From Azolla caroliniana (taxonomy: Eukaryota > Plantae > Polypodiophyta), in assembly GCA_043228905.1 (NCBI GenBank), contig JBHGNT010000008.1, forward strand, positions 5,022,001 to 5,086,000: a DNA stretch of 64,000 nt, written 5' to 3'. The notes under the pieces were generated by a model. It ran no database searches, was not told the origin of the DNA, and worked only from the letters and a program-made list of their open reading frames with translations. The translations under genes and the position numbers were made by a program. Within the stretch, counting starts at the first letter, position 1; each line of letters starts with the position of its first letter. Of the stretch, positions 48,535-60,580 are shown piece after piece.

Positions 48535-50648
48535 ACCAATACCCAATCTCCTTCTTTGATCTTCTTGGTATGTAGTCAATGTGTCTTGTCGAACCAAATC
48601 TTGTTCCTCACTCGGGCTACCTCCATCATCTTTTGTGCTTTTTCTAAATCTTCAGGCCTTCTTTCAAGCTGCCTTATCCGTGCCGCTAATAATTCTTCTC
48701 GCTCATCTCGTTCTCCCATGGTATCGCTACCCATGAGGCGATCGTCCTTTCGATGAGCATTACCGGCTTCTTTCCATACATAAGCTCTATTGGCATTATA
48801 CCCTGTCACTGAACTATGTATAGTTCTGTCGGCCCACAAGGCATAGGGCAATAGTCGTGGCCAGTTCCCGACTCGACCGTTGCATGCTCGGACGATGGCT
48901 TTGACGATTGGTCCATGCCCTCACTCAATCTTCCCATTCGCTTCTGGATTGTAGGCAGTCATGAGGGAGAGCTTCACGCCTAGTTGCTTCGTGTGCATCC
49001 AACTCCCCTCGATCAGCCACTATCTTTCCCACACATCCATATCGGCAGACAACCTCTTCGAGTAGAAATTTGCAAATAGCTGACGTCGTCTTATTTGCCA
49101 AGGCCCGTCCTTCCACTAGATTTGTCAAGTCTTCTCTTGCTAGAACTAAGTACTTCATTTGTCCCACTCCCATTGGCATCGAGACCAGATCCACCATCCA
49201 TTTGAAGTGTATGGTGAGCAGGTATGTCGGCCGTAACTCATCATGATGACGTATGTTCGAATGTACTTGGCAAGTTTCGCATGTGGACACGAAATGGAGT
49301 ACATCTTTGTGCATGCTTGGCCAGCAATACTTCTCCTTCAGCTTTTCGAACGTCGCCCATGTTCCTGTATGACCTGCCCAAGGACTCTCGTGGAATTCAG
49401 TCATTAGCGTCACTTGCTCTTCTTTCTTCACCACCACTTGACGTGGCATTCTTATCCTTCTTTGTGGTGTCACTAGAGCAATCCTCCCTTCAACAAGTAT
49501 TGGTAAGCTTTCTTCCGGATTCGTAGAGCATCCTCCTTCGTCAACGAAGCATCCGCCGTCATTGTTCTTAAGAATCTGCCGATTAGTAACCACTCTCCTT
49601 CGTACTCATCCTCGTTGAAGGTGTGGAGGGTTAGTGTGCCCTTGTCTTCCGCCGATAGTCGGGCCATCTTGAAGAAATCGAGGGTGACGTCTTCATCTTC
49701 TAAAACCATGTCCCTTTCCTTCTCAAATCTTGCCCTCGACAACATGTTAGCCATGGCATTCTTCTTTCCTACAATGTGGCGGATCTCTGGGTTTAAAGAC
49801 TTGATATAAGCGATCCACCTTAGCATAGCTAGATCTGGTGTCACACATCTTGAGATCATCCCAAGGATTGGGAGACAATCTGTCTCAATTATCACTTTCA
49901 ACCCGATTAGGTAGTCTTTGTCCATCTTCACTGTAGACACAATACCCCAAAGTTCTTGCTTGACTTGGGCATATCTTTGTTGTCGTTCGCTAAGAACCTT
50001 TGCTCCGAACTGGATGGCATACCGTGCATTATCTTTCTTTTCTTGGTTGATGACCCACCCGATTCTGGTTGGGTTCGTATCTACAGTCACATAAATAAGC
50101 TTCCCTTCGGTATAGTCGGCCTTTCTTAGTGTTGGAGCTTCAAGAAGTAGTTTCTTCAATCTTCACATTGTTTGTATGCTTGTCTCGCCATTCGAACTTC
50201 ATTGTTTTCTTTAGCAATCCATATAATGGCACAGCGACACGGGCATAGTGCGGAATCCAGATATGATAAAACGCGCATGCTCCAAGGAACCTTCAAACCT
50301 CCGTTTGGGTTACGCATTCTTCTTTCATGTCCTGGATCGCATTCACCTTGGATGGCGAAGACTTTCGGCCGTATGCTCCACAAAGATCTCCGGTTGCCCA
50401 AATGCAGATTTTTCTCCCGAAAATGTCAAATTCGCATCTTCGAGCCTTTGGAGCACCTTCTCGCAATATTTCATATGATCCACGACAAACTTTCTACACC
50501 CTTCCGTATCTTTCGATTCATTCTTCTCCTCACCCGAACATCCTTTTATCGGAATATCATCCAATAATGGCATTGTGATGCCCGGGATGCAATCCTTCAA
50601 GACCTTGTTCATGGCATTCACCATATGAGCCACCGAGTTCATTGCACC
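48535..50648 (-). pseudogene. Degenerate pol of the Trp-primed Gypsy family
   Basis: Fragments 50343-50642, 49473-50159, 48925-49593 and 48576-48851 align with the 43056-47093 protein. Confidence 0.9.
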
Positions 50649-50689
50649 TGATGAGTAACGGCGCTTGTCACCGAGTTCGTTGCATGTCC

Positions 50690-51970
50690 TTCACCTGAAT
50701 GAGATTGACTTCGGCAAGTCTTTTCATCCCCTTCTGGCTCATATGACACAGTCTCTTGTGTCATAGCTCACCGGCAGTGTCGAATGCAACATTCACTTCT
50801 TCCCGGCATATCCGGGCATGCATCAAGTACAATGTGTTGACCTTCCGAGCTCGAGCCACTATTAGGCTCCCTTTGCTGAACTTCATAACTCCATTCCGTA
50901 TGCTACCCATGTAGCCTTCATCATCTAGCCGACCGGCTGATATCAGGTTCAATCGAACCTCCGGAACGTGTCGGACATCCTTCAGCAACAATTTACATTC
51001 GGTTGATGTCGTCAACAACACATCTCCTATGCTGATAATTCAGCATGTACCTTCATTCCCCATCCGGACACAACCATGATCACCGATTGTGTAGGATGAG
51101 AAGTATTTCCGATCCGGTGTCAAGTGGAACGACGCTCCGGAATCGGCAACCCACTTTGTCTCGTCGCTGACAAGGTTTAACTCATTCTCCTCGGTAATGA
51201 GCATCAATTCCTCTTCACTTGTTGCGATTGCCGACATTCCTTTTCGATCCGGTCCTCTCTGATCCAAACAATTTCGATCCGAACTCTTCTTCGAATCGGT
51301 AATGTCAGTTCCTTTCTCTTTCCGGAAATGCCGTCTGTTCTTCTAGAAGTGCCCCGGCTTCCCACAATAGAAGCAAGTAGGCCTCCCCCTTGACTTCGAC
51401 CTCGTCCCTGATTTGTGCCGGTTGTGGGGAGTCCGATACTGGCCTCTTCCCGGTTGTGGTCATCTTCTGTGACCAAGGACTTCGGATCGGTTCCGGACTC
51501 CTGATCCTTTCGGCGAGCTTCTTCATCTAGCAAGCTTGATTTTACCCTTGCTAGGGACAACTGCTTTCCTTCTGGCCCGGCGTTGCCCAACATGACAACT
51601 AACGTCTCCCAACTATCTGGGAGGGAACCGAGCAGGAGCAATGTGAGTACCTCATTGGCGAGAGGTACTTCCAACGAGGTTGCTTGGTGTATTAGATGTG
51701 CTCTGCCATACTGGAGTCGTCTTGGTACTTGAGCCTCACTAGCTTCCGGAATACGGAAACCCGATAAACAACATTCTTGTTCTGGAACATGATGTTGATC
51801 TTCTCCCAAAGTTCATGAGCCTTGCTCTCTTCATTGAAGTTGTTGTACAGGCTCATGTTGATGAAATACCGGATGTATGTCGTCGTCTTCATGTGCATCA
51901 CCTCCCACACTGTGGCATCGATCTTATCAGGTCTCTTGTCCCCGAATTGAACCGGCAACCAAAGATCTTC
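50690..51970 (-). pseudogene. Degenerate Tork-like Copia gag-protease fragment
   Basis: LLLLGSLPDSWE, WVADSGASFH and RLNLISAGRLDDEG motifs; similar to the corresponding part of the 56594-60580 polyprotein. Confidence 0.88.
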
Positions 51971-53187
51971 AACCAGTGTACATCAAGCTTTTTGACGGCA
52001 AAGGTGTATGGTATCTTCATCATCTCCGACTTCTCAGATACTGTCAAAAGCTTTTTGCACAAGAGTGATCCTTTCCGACAATTGTATTATAGTGTATATA
52101 ATGGTGATGTGGGTAATATGCTTGACATATTACCCAAGAGACATTATACATTGCTCGTCACGGATATACCGTATGGCTTCAGAATATCAGGCTCGACATA
52201 CGACGATGTGCCATACAAATATCCACAAATAGAGAAGATGGTTAAGCACTTTGCAGAGCTGACCCTGGCACCATTATGGCGTATTGTTATATTTTGACAG
52301 TATGGGTCAGGCGATATCGGTCACGACTGCATTGAAGTCGAGATGCCATGCCACTGAACATATGCATTGGTAAGCATTATGTTACTATATATTTAATGTA
52401 TGGATTCTATGTTGCTTACTACATATTTATTAACTTGTTTCGATTCAATTATACAATAGGTTTAAAACGAACATAACTCGTACCCCAGGTGATCGAATGG
52501 TGAGCATTGTGGAGCACATGTGCGTGGGCTATTACAACGCAATTTCTAAGAAGAAGGCTCGGCCACATGTTAATGAGCGGAACGTTGTCAACTATATCAT
52601 GTGCCCAGTTGTAATGAAGAAATAGTGCCACGTGTCTGGCAATAAGAGTTTAGTAAACCCTTATCAAAAGCCCCAGCAATTGATTAATTGATTGGTTGAG
52701 TTGTTCTCGAACCATGATGATTGGGTTCTCGACTTATTTTCTGGAACGGGTAATCTCATAAGTTTCATTAATTTTTCTAAAAATGAAATATTATTTCTTG
52801 TCCTGTTTTCTTACTTTTGAATGTGTGATTGTTTATTTAGGAACGATTAATGCATGTGCTCTTAAACTGTTCAAGAATTGTGCCGCATTAGAAAAGGACC
52901 CCGACCAAGTCAATTTTATTAAGATGAGGATCTAAGGCATCTGGGATTGTCCCGACCAGGACCAAGAGGTTGGAGCAAAGCATATCAACGAAACAGAGAT
53001 GTTTCAGATGGCCTCCAGAGAGATGATGGAAAATATAGATGAGGAAGGAGGCGACCTTGTCGACCTTGAAGATGCACCAAGTTCTGATCATATACAAGAT
53101 TCAACTGAGGAGACAGAACATGTCGATGCAACACCACTGTCAGCTGATCTTGGAGAGCAGTCTATTCCAGACCTCCTAATGGAGTGA
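51971..53187 (+). pseudogene. Beta-class N6-adenine/N4-cytosine DNA methyltransferase, copy 2 (three exons, 5' truncated)
   Basis: LLVTDIPYG (DIPY at 52163-52174); introns 52370-52459 and 52750-52840 splice to HW-FKTN and VLDLFSGTG-T; NPYQKP; ALEKD; acidic tail to TGA at 53187; one frameshift and three premature stops. Confidence 0.88.
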
Positions 53188-53767
53188 TTGTATATTAGTT
53201 TGTATTTGTAACTATAAAATTGTAACACTAAACTTGTTTTGGAATATAAGATTATTTTGTTTGAGTACCATTTCTTTACACTATCTTATTGGTTTGCAAA
53301 CTTTAACTGTCTATCATATAGTTATATTGGTTGACTCGGAAAGTCTGTGGTTGTTAAGTATAGTTTTTATTGAATGGATGTTGATGAAATTATCGATTGC
53401 ATGACAAATGTTGGTTATAATTGTTTCTTTATTAATATAATTGAATTTAGCTTTGTTCTAGGATTTCTGAGCTCTTTTATCTTGGTTATTTAGTTTCAGG
53501 TGTACAAAACAATATTTAGTCAACGTTGTTGCTCACTTGATCTTACAATTAGGTTGTTCATATATGATTGGGATATAATGTTCGTAGATGTTTTTGGGCA
53601 AGTGAGGTATATAATGTGATATTCACTTGTGAATATGTGTCTAATTATACCCAAAAATGCAATTTGCTCATTAAATATAACAAGATTTATAGGAGTTATG
53701 AAGGAGAAGAACTAAAAGAGACAGAAGAAGTGTTGCGTGAACTCTGCACAACCAATGTGCACGTTCA

Positions 53768-54597
53768 GAGGGGTGGATGTCGTAAAGGATTTGCTTCAAA
53801 ACATAAAAATAAACGTTCAGAGAGGTTATCCTCGCCAAGTTTTTGCATTCCCTTCTAGCTCATGTGGCATAACGGTGCCACAACTCACCGACAGTGTCAG
53901 ATACCACATTCACTTCTTCTCGGCATATCCGGGCATGCATCAGGTATAACGTTGTCATGAAGGATTTGCTTCAAAATATAAAAATAAACTTACATATTGT
54001 ATTCAGTAATATTTGAAAGACTCGAACCCATAACCTCACACACCAAGTAAGAAGTACATACCACTAGGTTAGTTTATTTGTTTTAAGGTGTCATAAAGGA
54101 TATAAAGATAACCGAAAATATTGTATTGAATAACATTTGAGAGACTTGAACCCATGTCCTCACATACCAAATACAAGACACATACCATTAGGCTAGGTTA
54201 TTTATTTTTAAAACTATACATGAAAGCGCAAATGAGCGAGATATCTATCATGCATCATATGTAATGCATGAATGTCAAATGGTGATCATGCATCACATGC
54301 ATTTCATGCACTACATGCATGTCTTGTACCCTCACATGCATCATATGCATGGGGGCACCTATTTAAAGAGTGAAAGGGAAAAGGAAGGGATCAAGAGGCA
54401 ATCAGAAAATAAAAAGAAGAAGAAGAAGAAGTAGCTCATTGGGTAAACATTTTGTGTTTAGAAGTGGAAGTTGAGGGTTCAAGTCGGAATTTGGTAGAGA
54501 AAGGTAAAGTTGGTGAAATCTTGTATTCTTAATATACATCATGTTCATATCATATACTCTTGCTTCTCAAATCATACTTTGTCTCTATCTGACACGA
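53768..54597 (+). mobile_element. Mosaic of Gypsy LTR starts and a small Copia fragment
   Basis: PPT GAGGGGTGGA followed by TGTCGTAAAGG at 53778; similar starts at 53953 and 54089; 53880-53950 matches Copia sequence at about 50765-50830. Confidence 0.55.
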
Positions 54598-54848
54598 ATA
54601 TGCAGAATAATCTTCGGCCACAACCGAGACTTCGATCACTTAACAATAATCAAACACAGAAGAAATGGGAAATGGAAGTACACAAAAAGAAGAGAATGCA
54701 CAGGATGTTATCGTGGAAAACCCTAAACGGGAAAAACCACGAGAGTTCACAAACTCCAACTATCACTATGTCGAGAGGAATACAACAGACAAGCACAGAG
54801 GCAGCGACCTCGTTTTCACAATCTTCGCCTTGCAGTGGTTACAACAGA

Positions 54849-54921
<73 letters not shown>

Positions 54922-55888
54922 TCCCTCTCCCTCTCCCTCTCCCTCTGCTACACTCTGTACAATAGTTACACCAATCACTCTATATAAAATAATGACAGCA
55001 CAATGATACACACACACAGATCAAGAGTTTGCCCTAGGTCATATTTATACTAATATGACTTTCGGGCTATTTACAAATATAGCCCTAGTGGGCTCTCTGG
55101 AACATATTTACATATATGTCCCTTCATCCGGTGAGAGGTTTTCACTGGGCCTGCAACATCCGGTTCTCACCGGGTCTTCCTTGCCAAGTACTCATCATCC
55201 AGTTCTCACCGGGCCTTCATCATCCGGTTCTTACCGGACCTACATCATCTGGTTCTTACCAAGCCTTCATCATCCCATCCGGAAGGACCAAAATCCTAAC
55301 AAACTCCCCCTTCACTCCGGCATGGGATGTTTGGTTAGTCCAATTCGCTTTCGGCATGCGTCCAACTTGTCGGGCGTCAGCACCTTGGTCAGCATATCCG
55401 ACCCATTCTCCTCCGTGTGGATCTTCGTCAGCACGAACTCTCGATCTTCTACTCGCTCCCGGATCCAGTGGTACCTCCTCTAGATGTGCTTCGTCCTGGA
55501 ATGATACACTGCATTCTTCGCAAGGTGGATGGCACTTTGATTGTCGCAATAGAGCCGGTATTCCTCTTGTCGGATCCCTAACTCTTCGATAAAGTACTTC
55601 ATCCATAGTATTTCCTTGACAGCTTCCACAACCGCCATGTACTCTGCCTCCGTGGTTGACAACGCAATCGTCTTCTGCAGCCTCGACTGCCACGAAACAG
55701 CTCCCCTTGCATATGTCATAACATATCCCGATGTTGACCGGCTGGTATCTACATCAACCGACATATCCGAATCGGTGAAACCGTCAAGGTGGGGTTTACT
55801 GGAGCCGAATCGGAGACACATACTTGAGTTGCCTTTCAAGTATCAGAGTATCCATTTTACCACATTCTAGTGCTCCTAGCTAGGATTG
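54598..55888 (-). mobile_element. Older Tork-like Copia 3' end (RNase H, PPT and 3' LTR at about 54598-55301)
   Basis: ORF 55480-55839 is highly similar to the RH of 56594-60460; PPT at 55302-55312; LTR resembles 55889-56583 and carries (CT)n at 54851-54945. Confidence 0.88.
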
Positions 55889-56361
55889 TGTTGCACACGG
55901 TGCTCGGCCACAACCGTGGAATAGGATCAACTCACAGAAAATAGGAAATACAAAGTACACGAAGACAATAGAGAGAAGAGTACACAGGATATTTTACGTG
56001 GAAAACCCTAGATGGGAAAAACCACGGGAGTCCTCAAACTCCAACTATCACTATGAACAGAGATGTACAATGGTGAAGCTTCAAGGCAACAACCTTGAGC
56101 TCACTGTCTTCGCCACAGGCGGCGGTAATACACAGAGGCAACGACCTCCTCGTCTCTCTCTCTCTCTCTCTCTCTCGGCTGCTCTCTTCACTCTCTCTAA
56201 GTGGAAAACAGAAAAATAAGCAACAACATAAAACTGTTTGCCCTAAGTCATATTTATACACATATGACTTTCGGGCTATTTACAAATATAGCCTCAAGGG
56301 CCCTTGGCAAACATATTCTCAAATATGTCCCCGCATCCGGATCTCTCTCCGGGTACATTCG

Positions 56362-56530
56362 TCATCCGGCTCCGTAGCCGGGGTCTTCATCATCCGGCTC
56401 CGTAACCGGGGTCTTCATCATCCGGCTCCGTAGCCGGGGTCTTCATCATCCGGCTCCGTAACCGGGGTCTTCATCATCCGGCTCCGTAGCCGGGGTCTTC
56501 ATCATCCGGCTCCGTAGCCGGGGTCTTCAT
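56362..56530. repeat. 28-bp minisatellite, about 6 units, in the LTR
   Basis: Tandem units of GGGGTCTTCATCATCCGGCTCCGTA(G/A)CC. Confidence 0.92.
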
Positions 56531-56593
56531 TCCCGATTCCCGGACATCCGACCATCCCATCCGGAGGGACCGTAATCCCAACAAACTCCCCCT

Positions 56594-59500
56594 TCACTTC
56601 GGCATGGGATGTCTTTCCAGTCCGACCCTCTTCCGGCACGCTTCCAGCTTGTCGGGTGTGAGCACTTTGGTCAGCATATCTGACCCGTTCTCTTCCGTGT
56701 GGATCTTCGTCAGCACGAACTCCTGGTCTTCTATCCTTTCCCGGATCCAGTGATATCTTCGCTGGATGTGCTTCGTCCGGGAGTGATAGGCCGCGTTCTT
56801 CGCAAGGTGGATGGCACTCTGACTGTCGCAGTAGAGTCGGTACTCCTCTTGCCGGATACCGAGCTCTCTAATGAAGTCCTTCATCCATATTATTTCCTTG
56901 CCAGCTTCAACAGCCGCCATGTACTCCGCCTCCGTGGTTGACAACGCAACCGTCTTCTGCAGCCTCGACTGCCACGAAACAGCTCCCCCTGCATACGTCA
57001 TCACATACCCTGATGTGGACCGGCTGGTATCTGCATCAGCCGACATATCCGAATCGGTAAAGCCGTCGAGTTCGGCCTTACCGGAGCTGAATCGGAGGCA
57101 CACGTTTGTCGTGCCCTTCAGGTATCGGAGTATCCACTTGACCGCGTTCCAGTGCTCTTTGCCGGGATTGCTCATGTACCGGCTCACCACTCCAACTGCA
57201 TATCCTATGTCCGGTCGGGTACACACCATTGCGTACATCAAGCTCCCGACGGCAGAGGCATATGGTACTTTCATCATGTCCTCCTTCTCAGCCTTTGTCT
57301 TGGGGCTTTGCTTGCTGGACAACTTGCAGTTTGTCGGGAGTGTTGACCCGACCGGTCTTGCCTCCGACATGTTGAACCGGTGAAGCACCTTTGTCACGTA
57401 CTTCTCCTGTGACAGCCACAACTGCTTCTTCTTCCGGTCCCGGATGATGTGCATCCCTAGTATTTGCCTCGCCGGACCCAGGTCTTTCATTGAGAAGGTT
57501 CGGTGAAGGGCCTTCTTCAGCATCCGTATCTTGACCTGGTCCCGTCCGACGATCAACATGTCGTCCACGTACAGGAGGAGTATTAGAAAGTCTCCTCCTT
57601 CGAACTTCTTCACAAACACGCAGTGATCGGACTGCGTTTTGTGGTACCCTTCATCTGTCATGAAGGAGTCGAACTTCCGGTACCATTGCCGAGGAGCCTG
57701 CTTCAGACCGTAAAGGCTCTTCTTCAACCGGCATACCAGGTGCTCCTTCCCTTTCTTCTCGAATCCTTCCGGTTGCTGCATGTAGATCTCTTCTTCGAGG
57801 TCACCGTGAAGGAATGCCGTCTTCACGTCCATCTGTTCTACCTCGAGGTCCATGCTTGCCGCTATGCTCAGCACCGTCCGGATGGAGGTCATCTTCACTA
57901 CCGGGGCAAATATCTCGTCGAAGTCGACGCCCTTCTTCTGCTGAAACCCCTTCACCACGATCCTGGCTTTGTATCTCGGGGGGTTTCTGGCATCTCCCGG
58001 TTTCAGCTTGAACACCCACTTGTTACGGAGTGCCCGTTTTCCTTTCGGCAACTCCACAAGTTCATATGTGTGGTTCTCATGCAGGGAATCCATCTCCTCC
58101 TGCATGGCACTTAACCACCTGCGGCTATGGGTGTCATGCTTCGCTTCTTCAAAGCTCTCCGGCTCCCCCTCGTCGGTTAGTAGCACGTGCTCTGGTTCCG
58201 GAAATCTCCGGGGGGCCCTTCTCTCTCTTAGAGGATATCTCCGTTCCGGAGCTTCGGTAACCGGTTCTTCCGATTCTTCTTCATCCGAATCCATTTCGGG
58301 ATCGGGGCCGGTTCCGGTATCATTTTCATCTTCTTCGGCCGGTTCTGTTTCTTCACCGTCTTCGGCCGGATCTTCGAGTGTTAACTGGTCCCTTGCCGGT
58401 CGGGACTGCTCCTCGTAGAGTTTATCCTCTCCGGTCGACTTGGAGCTCTTCATCTTCTTCTCCGACTCCCAGTCGGCGAGTGTCTTGTCCTCCATGAAGA
58501 TGATATCTCGACTCCTGAATATCTTCTTGTCGACCGGGTCCCATACTCGGTAGCCGAACTCGTCGTCGCCGTAACCGAGGAATATGCATGGCCGGGTCTT
58601 TGGATCTAGCTTTCCTCTCCGGTCCTTTGCCACATGCACATATGTGAGACACCCGAATACCTTCAGGTGCCGGTAGGATACTTCCTTACCGGTCCACACT
58701 CTCTGTGGCGTGTCTCCATCCAGGGGTACTGAGGGTGATCTATTTATCACATATGTCGCCGTCGACATTGCCTCAGCCCAAAATCCCTTGGGTAATTTCG
58801 CATGTGCCAGCATACTCCGGACCCTCTCCATTATGGTCCGGTTCATCCTCTCGGCCAGCCCGTTCAGTTCCGGCGTCTTCGGCACAGTAAACTCGAGCCG
58901 GATTCCCTTCGAGCGACAGTACTCCGCGAACTGCCCCCGGTATTCCCCTCCGTTATCCGCTCGTATCGCTTTCAGCTTCTTGCCGGATTCCCTTTCCACT
59001 CTCGCGTGGAGTTCTTTGAAGACGGACAATACTTGGTCCTTTGTCTTCAACGGTGCCGTCCACAGCTTCCGGCTGTGATCATCAATGAATGTTACGAAGT
59101 ACTGGGCTCCGCCATGTGACTTCGTTTCTACCTGACACACATCAGTGTGCACCAACTCCAATGGTGCGCTACGTCTCGTCGGTGGCCTTGAGTGGAAGGA
59201 GGCTCGGTTTTGCTTACCGGCCAGGCAATCGGTGCACTTCTCCAGGTGCACATTCTTCACTGGAATAAGGTTATCTTCTGCAAGCCTCTTCATCCCCTTC
59301 TCGCTCATGTGGCACAGTCTCTTGTGCCACAGCTCACCGGCAGTGTCAGCTGCCACGTTCAGCTCCTCCGGACATAGCCGGGAATTCATCAGGTACAGTG
59401 TGTTGACTTTCCGGGCCCGAGCCACTATCAGGCTCCCTTTGCTGAACTTCATAACACCGTTCCGGATGCTACCCGTGTAGCCTTCATCGTCTAGCCTCCC

Positions 59501-60580
59501 GGCCGAAATCAGGTTCAATCGAACCTCCAGAACGTGTCCGACATCCTTCAGCAGCATCTTGCATCCGGTTGATGTCATCAGCCACACGTCTCCTATGCCG
59601 GCAATCCGGCATGTACCTTCATTTCCCATCCGGACACAGTCGTGCTCCTCGGCTGTGTAGGATGAGAAGTATTTCTTCTCCGGGGTCAGGTGGAACGACG
59701 CTCCGGAATCGACCACCCAGGTCATCTCTTCACCGGCAAGGTTCAGCTCCCTCTCTTCGGTAATGAGCATTATCTCTTCTTCACTTGCCGCGAGTGCCGT
59801 CGTTCCTTTCCGGTCCTGCCCTCGCCGATCCAGACCTCTCCGGTCCGTGGCTCCCCGGTATGCACCGTTTCGCTCCGGTGACTTCTTCGAATCGGTGTCG
59901 TCGGCTCCGTTGTCTTTTCGGTAATGCCGACAATTCTTCCGGAAGTGCCCCGGCTTCCCACAGTGGAAGCATGTGGGCCTTCCTCTTGACTGCGACCGGG
60001 TCCCCGACTTCTCCCGTCTCTGCGGACTCCGGTTCCGTTGTCTTCCCCGTTCCGATTCGGTAAGCAGCGCCTTCGAGTCGGAGGCCGGTTCTTTATCTCT
60101 CCGACGCGCTTCTTCGTTCAAAATACTTGTCTTTACCGTTTGTAGAGACAAGTTATCTTCGGTGCAGGAGGTGCTGAGAGTCACCACCAAGTTCTCCCAG
60201 CTTTCCGGCAATGTACACATCAGAATGATGGCTTGCATTGCATCCTCCAACGGGAACTTGATCGCCGCAAGCTGGTTCACGAATCCCATGAACGTGCTTA
60301 CGTGTTCCACCATGCTCTCGCCGTCACGGTACTTGAGGTTCACTATCTTCCTCATCAGGGAGGTCCGGTTCAACGCATTCTTCCTCTCGTAGAGGCCCGA
60401 CAGCTTCTTCCACATCTCATATGAATTGGTGTCGTTCGCCACATGTTGTAGAACGCTCACGTCGACGTATTGCCGAATGGTTGCAACGGCTTTCCGGTTC
60501 AGAAGCCTCCATTCCGACTCAAGTACCCCCTTCGGTATTTCCGACCTGTCAATCGGTTCGTACAGGTCCCGAACAATCAG
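56594..60580 (-). CDS. Copia Gag-PR-INT-RT-RH polyprotein, open up to the insertion point
   Basis: 1288-aa ORF plus in-frame upstream LIVRDLYEPID; CFHCGKPGHFRKNC, DSGAS, HHCC, DNGGEY, LYVDD and HSRTKHI motifs. Confidence 0.95.
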   Translation of the reverse strand: MIVRDLYEPIDRSEIPKGVLESEWRLLNRKAVATIRQYVDVSVLQHVANDTNSYEMWKKLSGLYERKNALNRTSLMRKIVNLKYRDGESMVEHVSTFMGFVNQLAAIKFPLEDAMQAIILMCTLPESWENLVVTLSTSCTEDNLSLQTVKTSILNEEARRRDKEPASDSKALLTESERGRQRNRSPQRREKSGTRSQSRGRPTCFHCGKPGHFRKNCRHYRKDNGADDTDSKKSPERNGAYRGATDRRGLDRRGQDRKGTTALAASEEEIMLITEERELNLAGEEMTWVVDSGASFHLTPEKKYFSSYTAEEHDCVRMGNEGTCRIAGIGDVWLMTSTGCKMLLKDVGHVLEVRLNLISAGRLDDEGYTGSIRNGVMKFSKGSLIVARARKVNTLYLMNSRLCPEELNVAADTAGELWHKRLCHMSEKGMKRLAEDNLIPVKNVHLEKCTDCLAGKQNRASFHSRPPTRRSAPLELVHTDVCQVETKSHGGAQYFVTFIDDHSRKLWTAPLKTKDQVLSVFKELHARVERESGKKLKAIRADNGGEYRGQFAEYCRSKGIRLEFTVPKTPELNGLAERMNRTIMERVRSMLAHAKLPKGFWAEAMSTATYVINRSPSVPLDGDTPQRVWTGKEVSYRHLKVFGCLTYVHVAKDRRGKLDPKTRPCIFLGYGDDEFGYRVWDPVDKKIFRSRDIIFMEDKTLADWESEKKMKSSKSTGEDKLYEEQSRPARDQLTLEDPAEDGEETEPAEEDENDTGTGPDPEMDSDEEESEEPVTEAPERRYPLRERRAPRRFPEPEHVLLTDEGEPESFEEAKHDTHSRRWLSAMQEEMDSLHENHTYELVELPKGKRALRNKWVFKLKPGDARNPPRYKARIVVKGFQQKKGVDFDEIFAPVVKMTSIRTVLSIAASMDLEVEQMDVKTAFLHGDLEEEIYMQQPEGFEKKGKEHLVCRLKKSLYGLKQAPRQWYRKFDSFMTDEGYHKTQSDHCVFVKKFEGGDFLILLLYVDDMLIVGRDQVKIRMLKKALHRTFSMKDLGPARQILGMHIIRDRKKKQLWLSQEKYVTKVLHRFNMSEARPVGSTLPTNCKLSSKQSPKTKAEKEDMMKVPYASAVGSLMYAMVCTRPDIGYAVGVVSRYMSNPGKEHWNAVKWILRYLKGTTNVCLRFSSGKAELDGFTDSDMSADADTSRSTSGYVMTYAGGAVSWQSRLQKTVALSTTEAEYMAAVEAGKEIIWMKDFIRELGIRQEEYRLYCDSQSAIHLAKNAAYHSRTKHIQRRYHWIRERIEDQEFVLTKIHTEENGSDMLTKVLTPDKLEACRKRVGLERHPMPK

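Larger units (their letters stand above)
55889..60580 (-). mobile_element. Young Tork/Tnt1-like Copia whose 5' end is displaced beyond the window by a Tcn1 insertion
   Basis: 3' LTR at 55889-56583 with TG..CA; PPT at about 56584-56593; uninterrupted polyprotein. Confidence 0.95.

Noticed and set aside
51971-53187. Bacterial contamination or a restriction-modification operon as the source of the methyltransferase
   Set aside because: It has spliceosomal introns, copy 1 carries a plant LTR insertion with TSD, and no endonuclease partner is seen
54510-55017. ORFs with poly-SL or poly-RE runs (also 19056-19500 and 24783-25032)
   Set aside because: Translations of (CT)n and (AG)n microsatellites in LTRs
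56362-56530. CRISPR-like 28-bp repeats
   Set aside because: Head-to-tail minisatellite without spacers, inside an LTR
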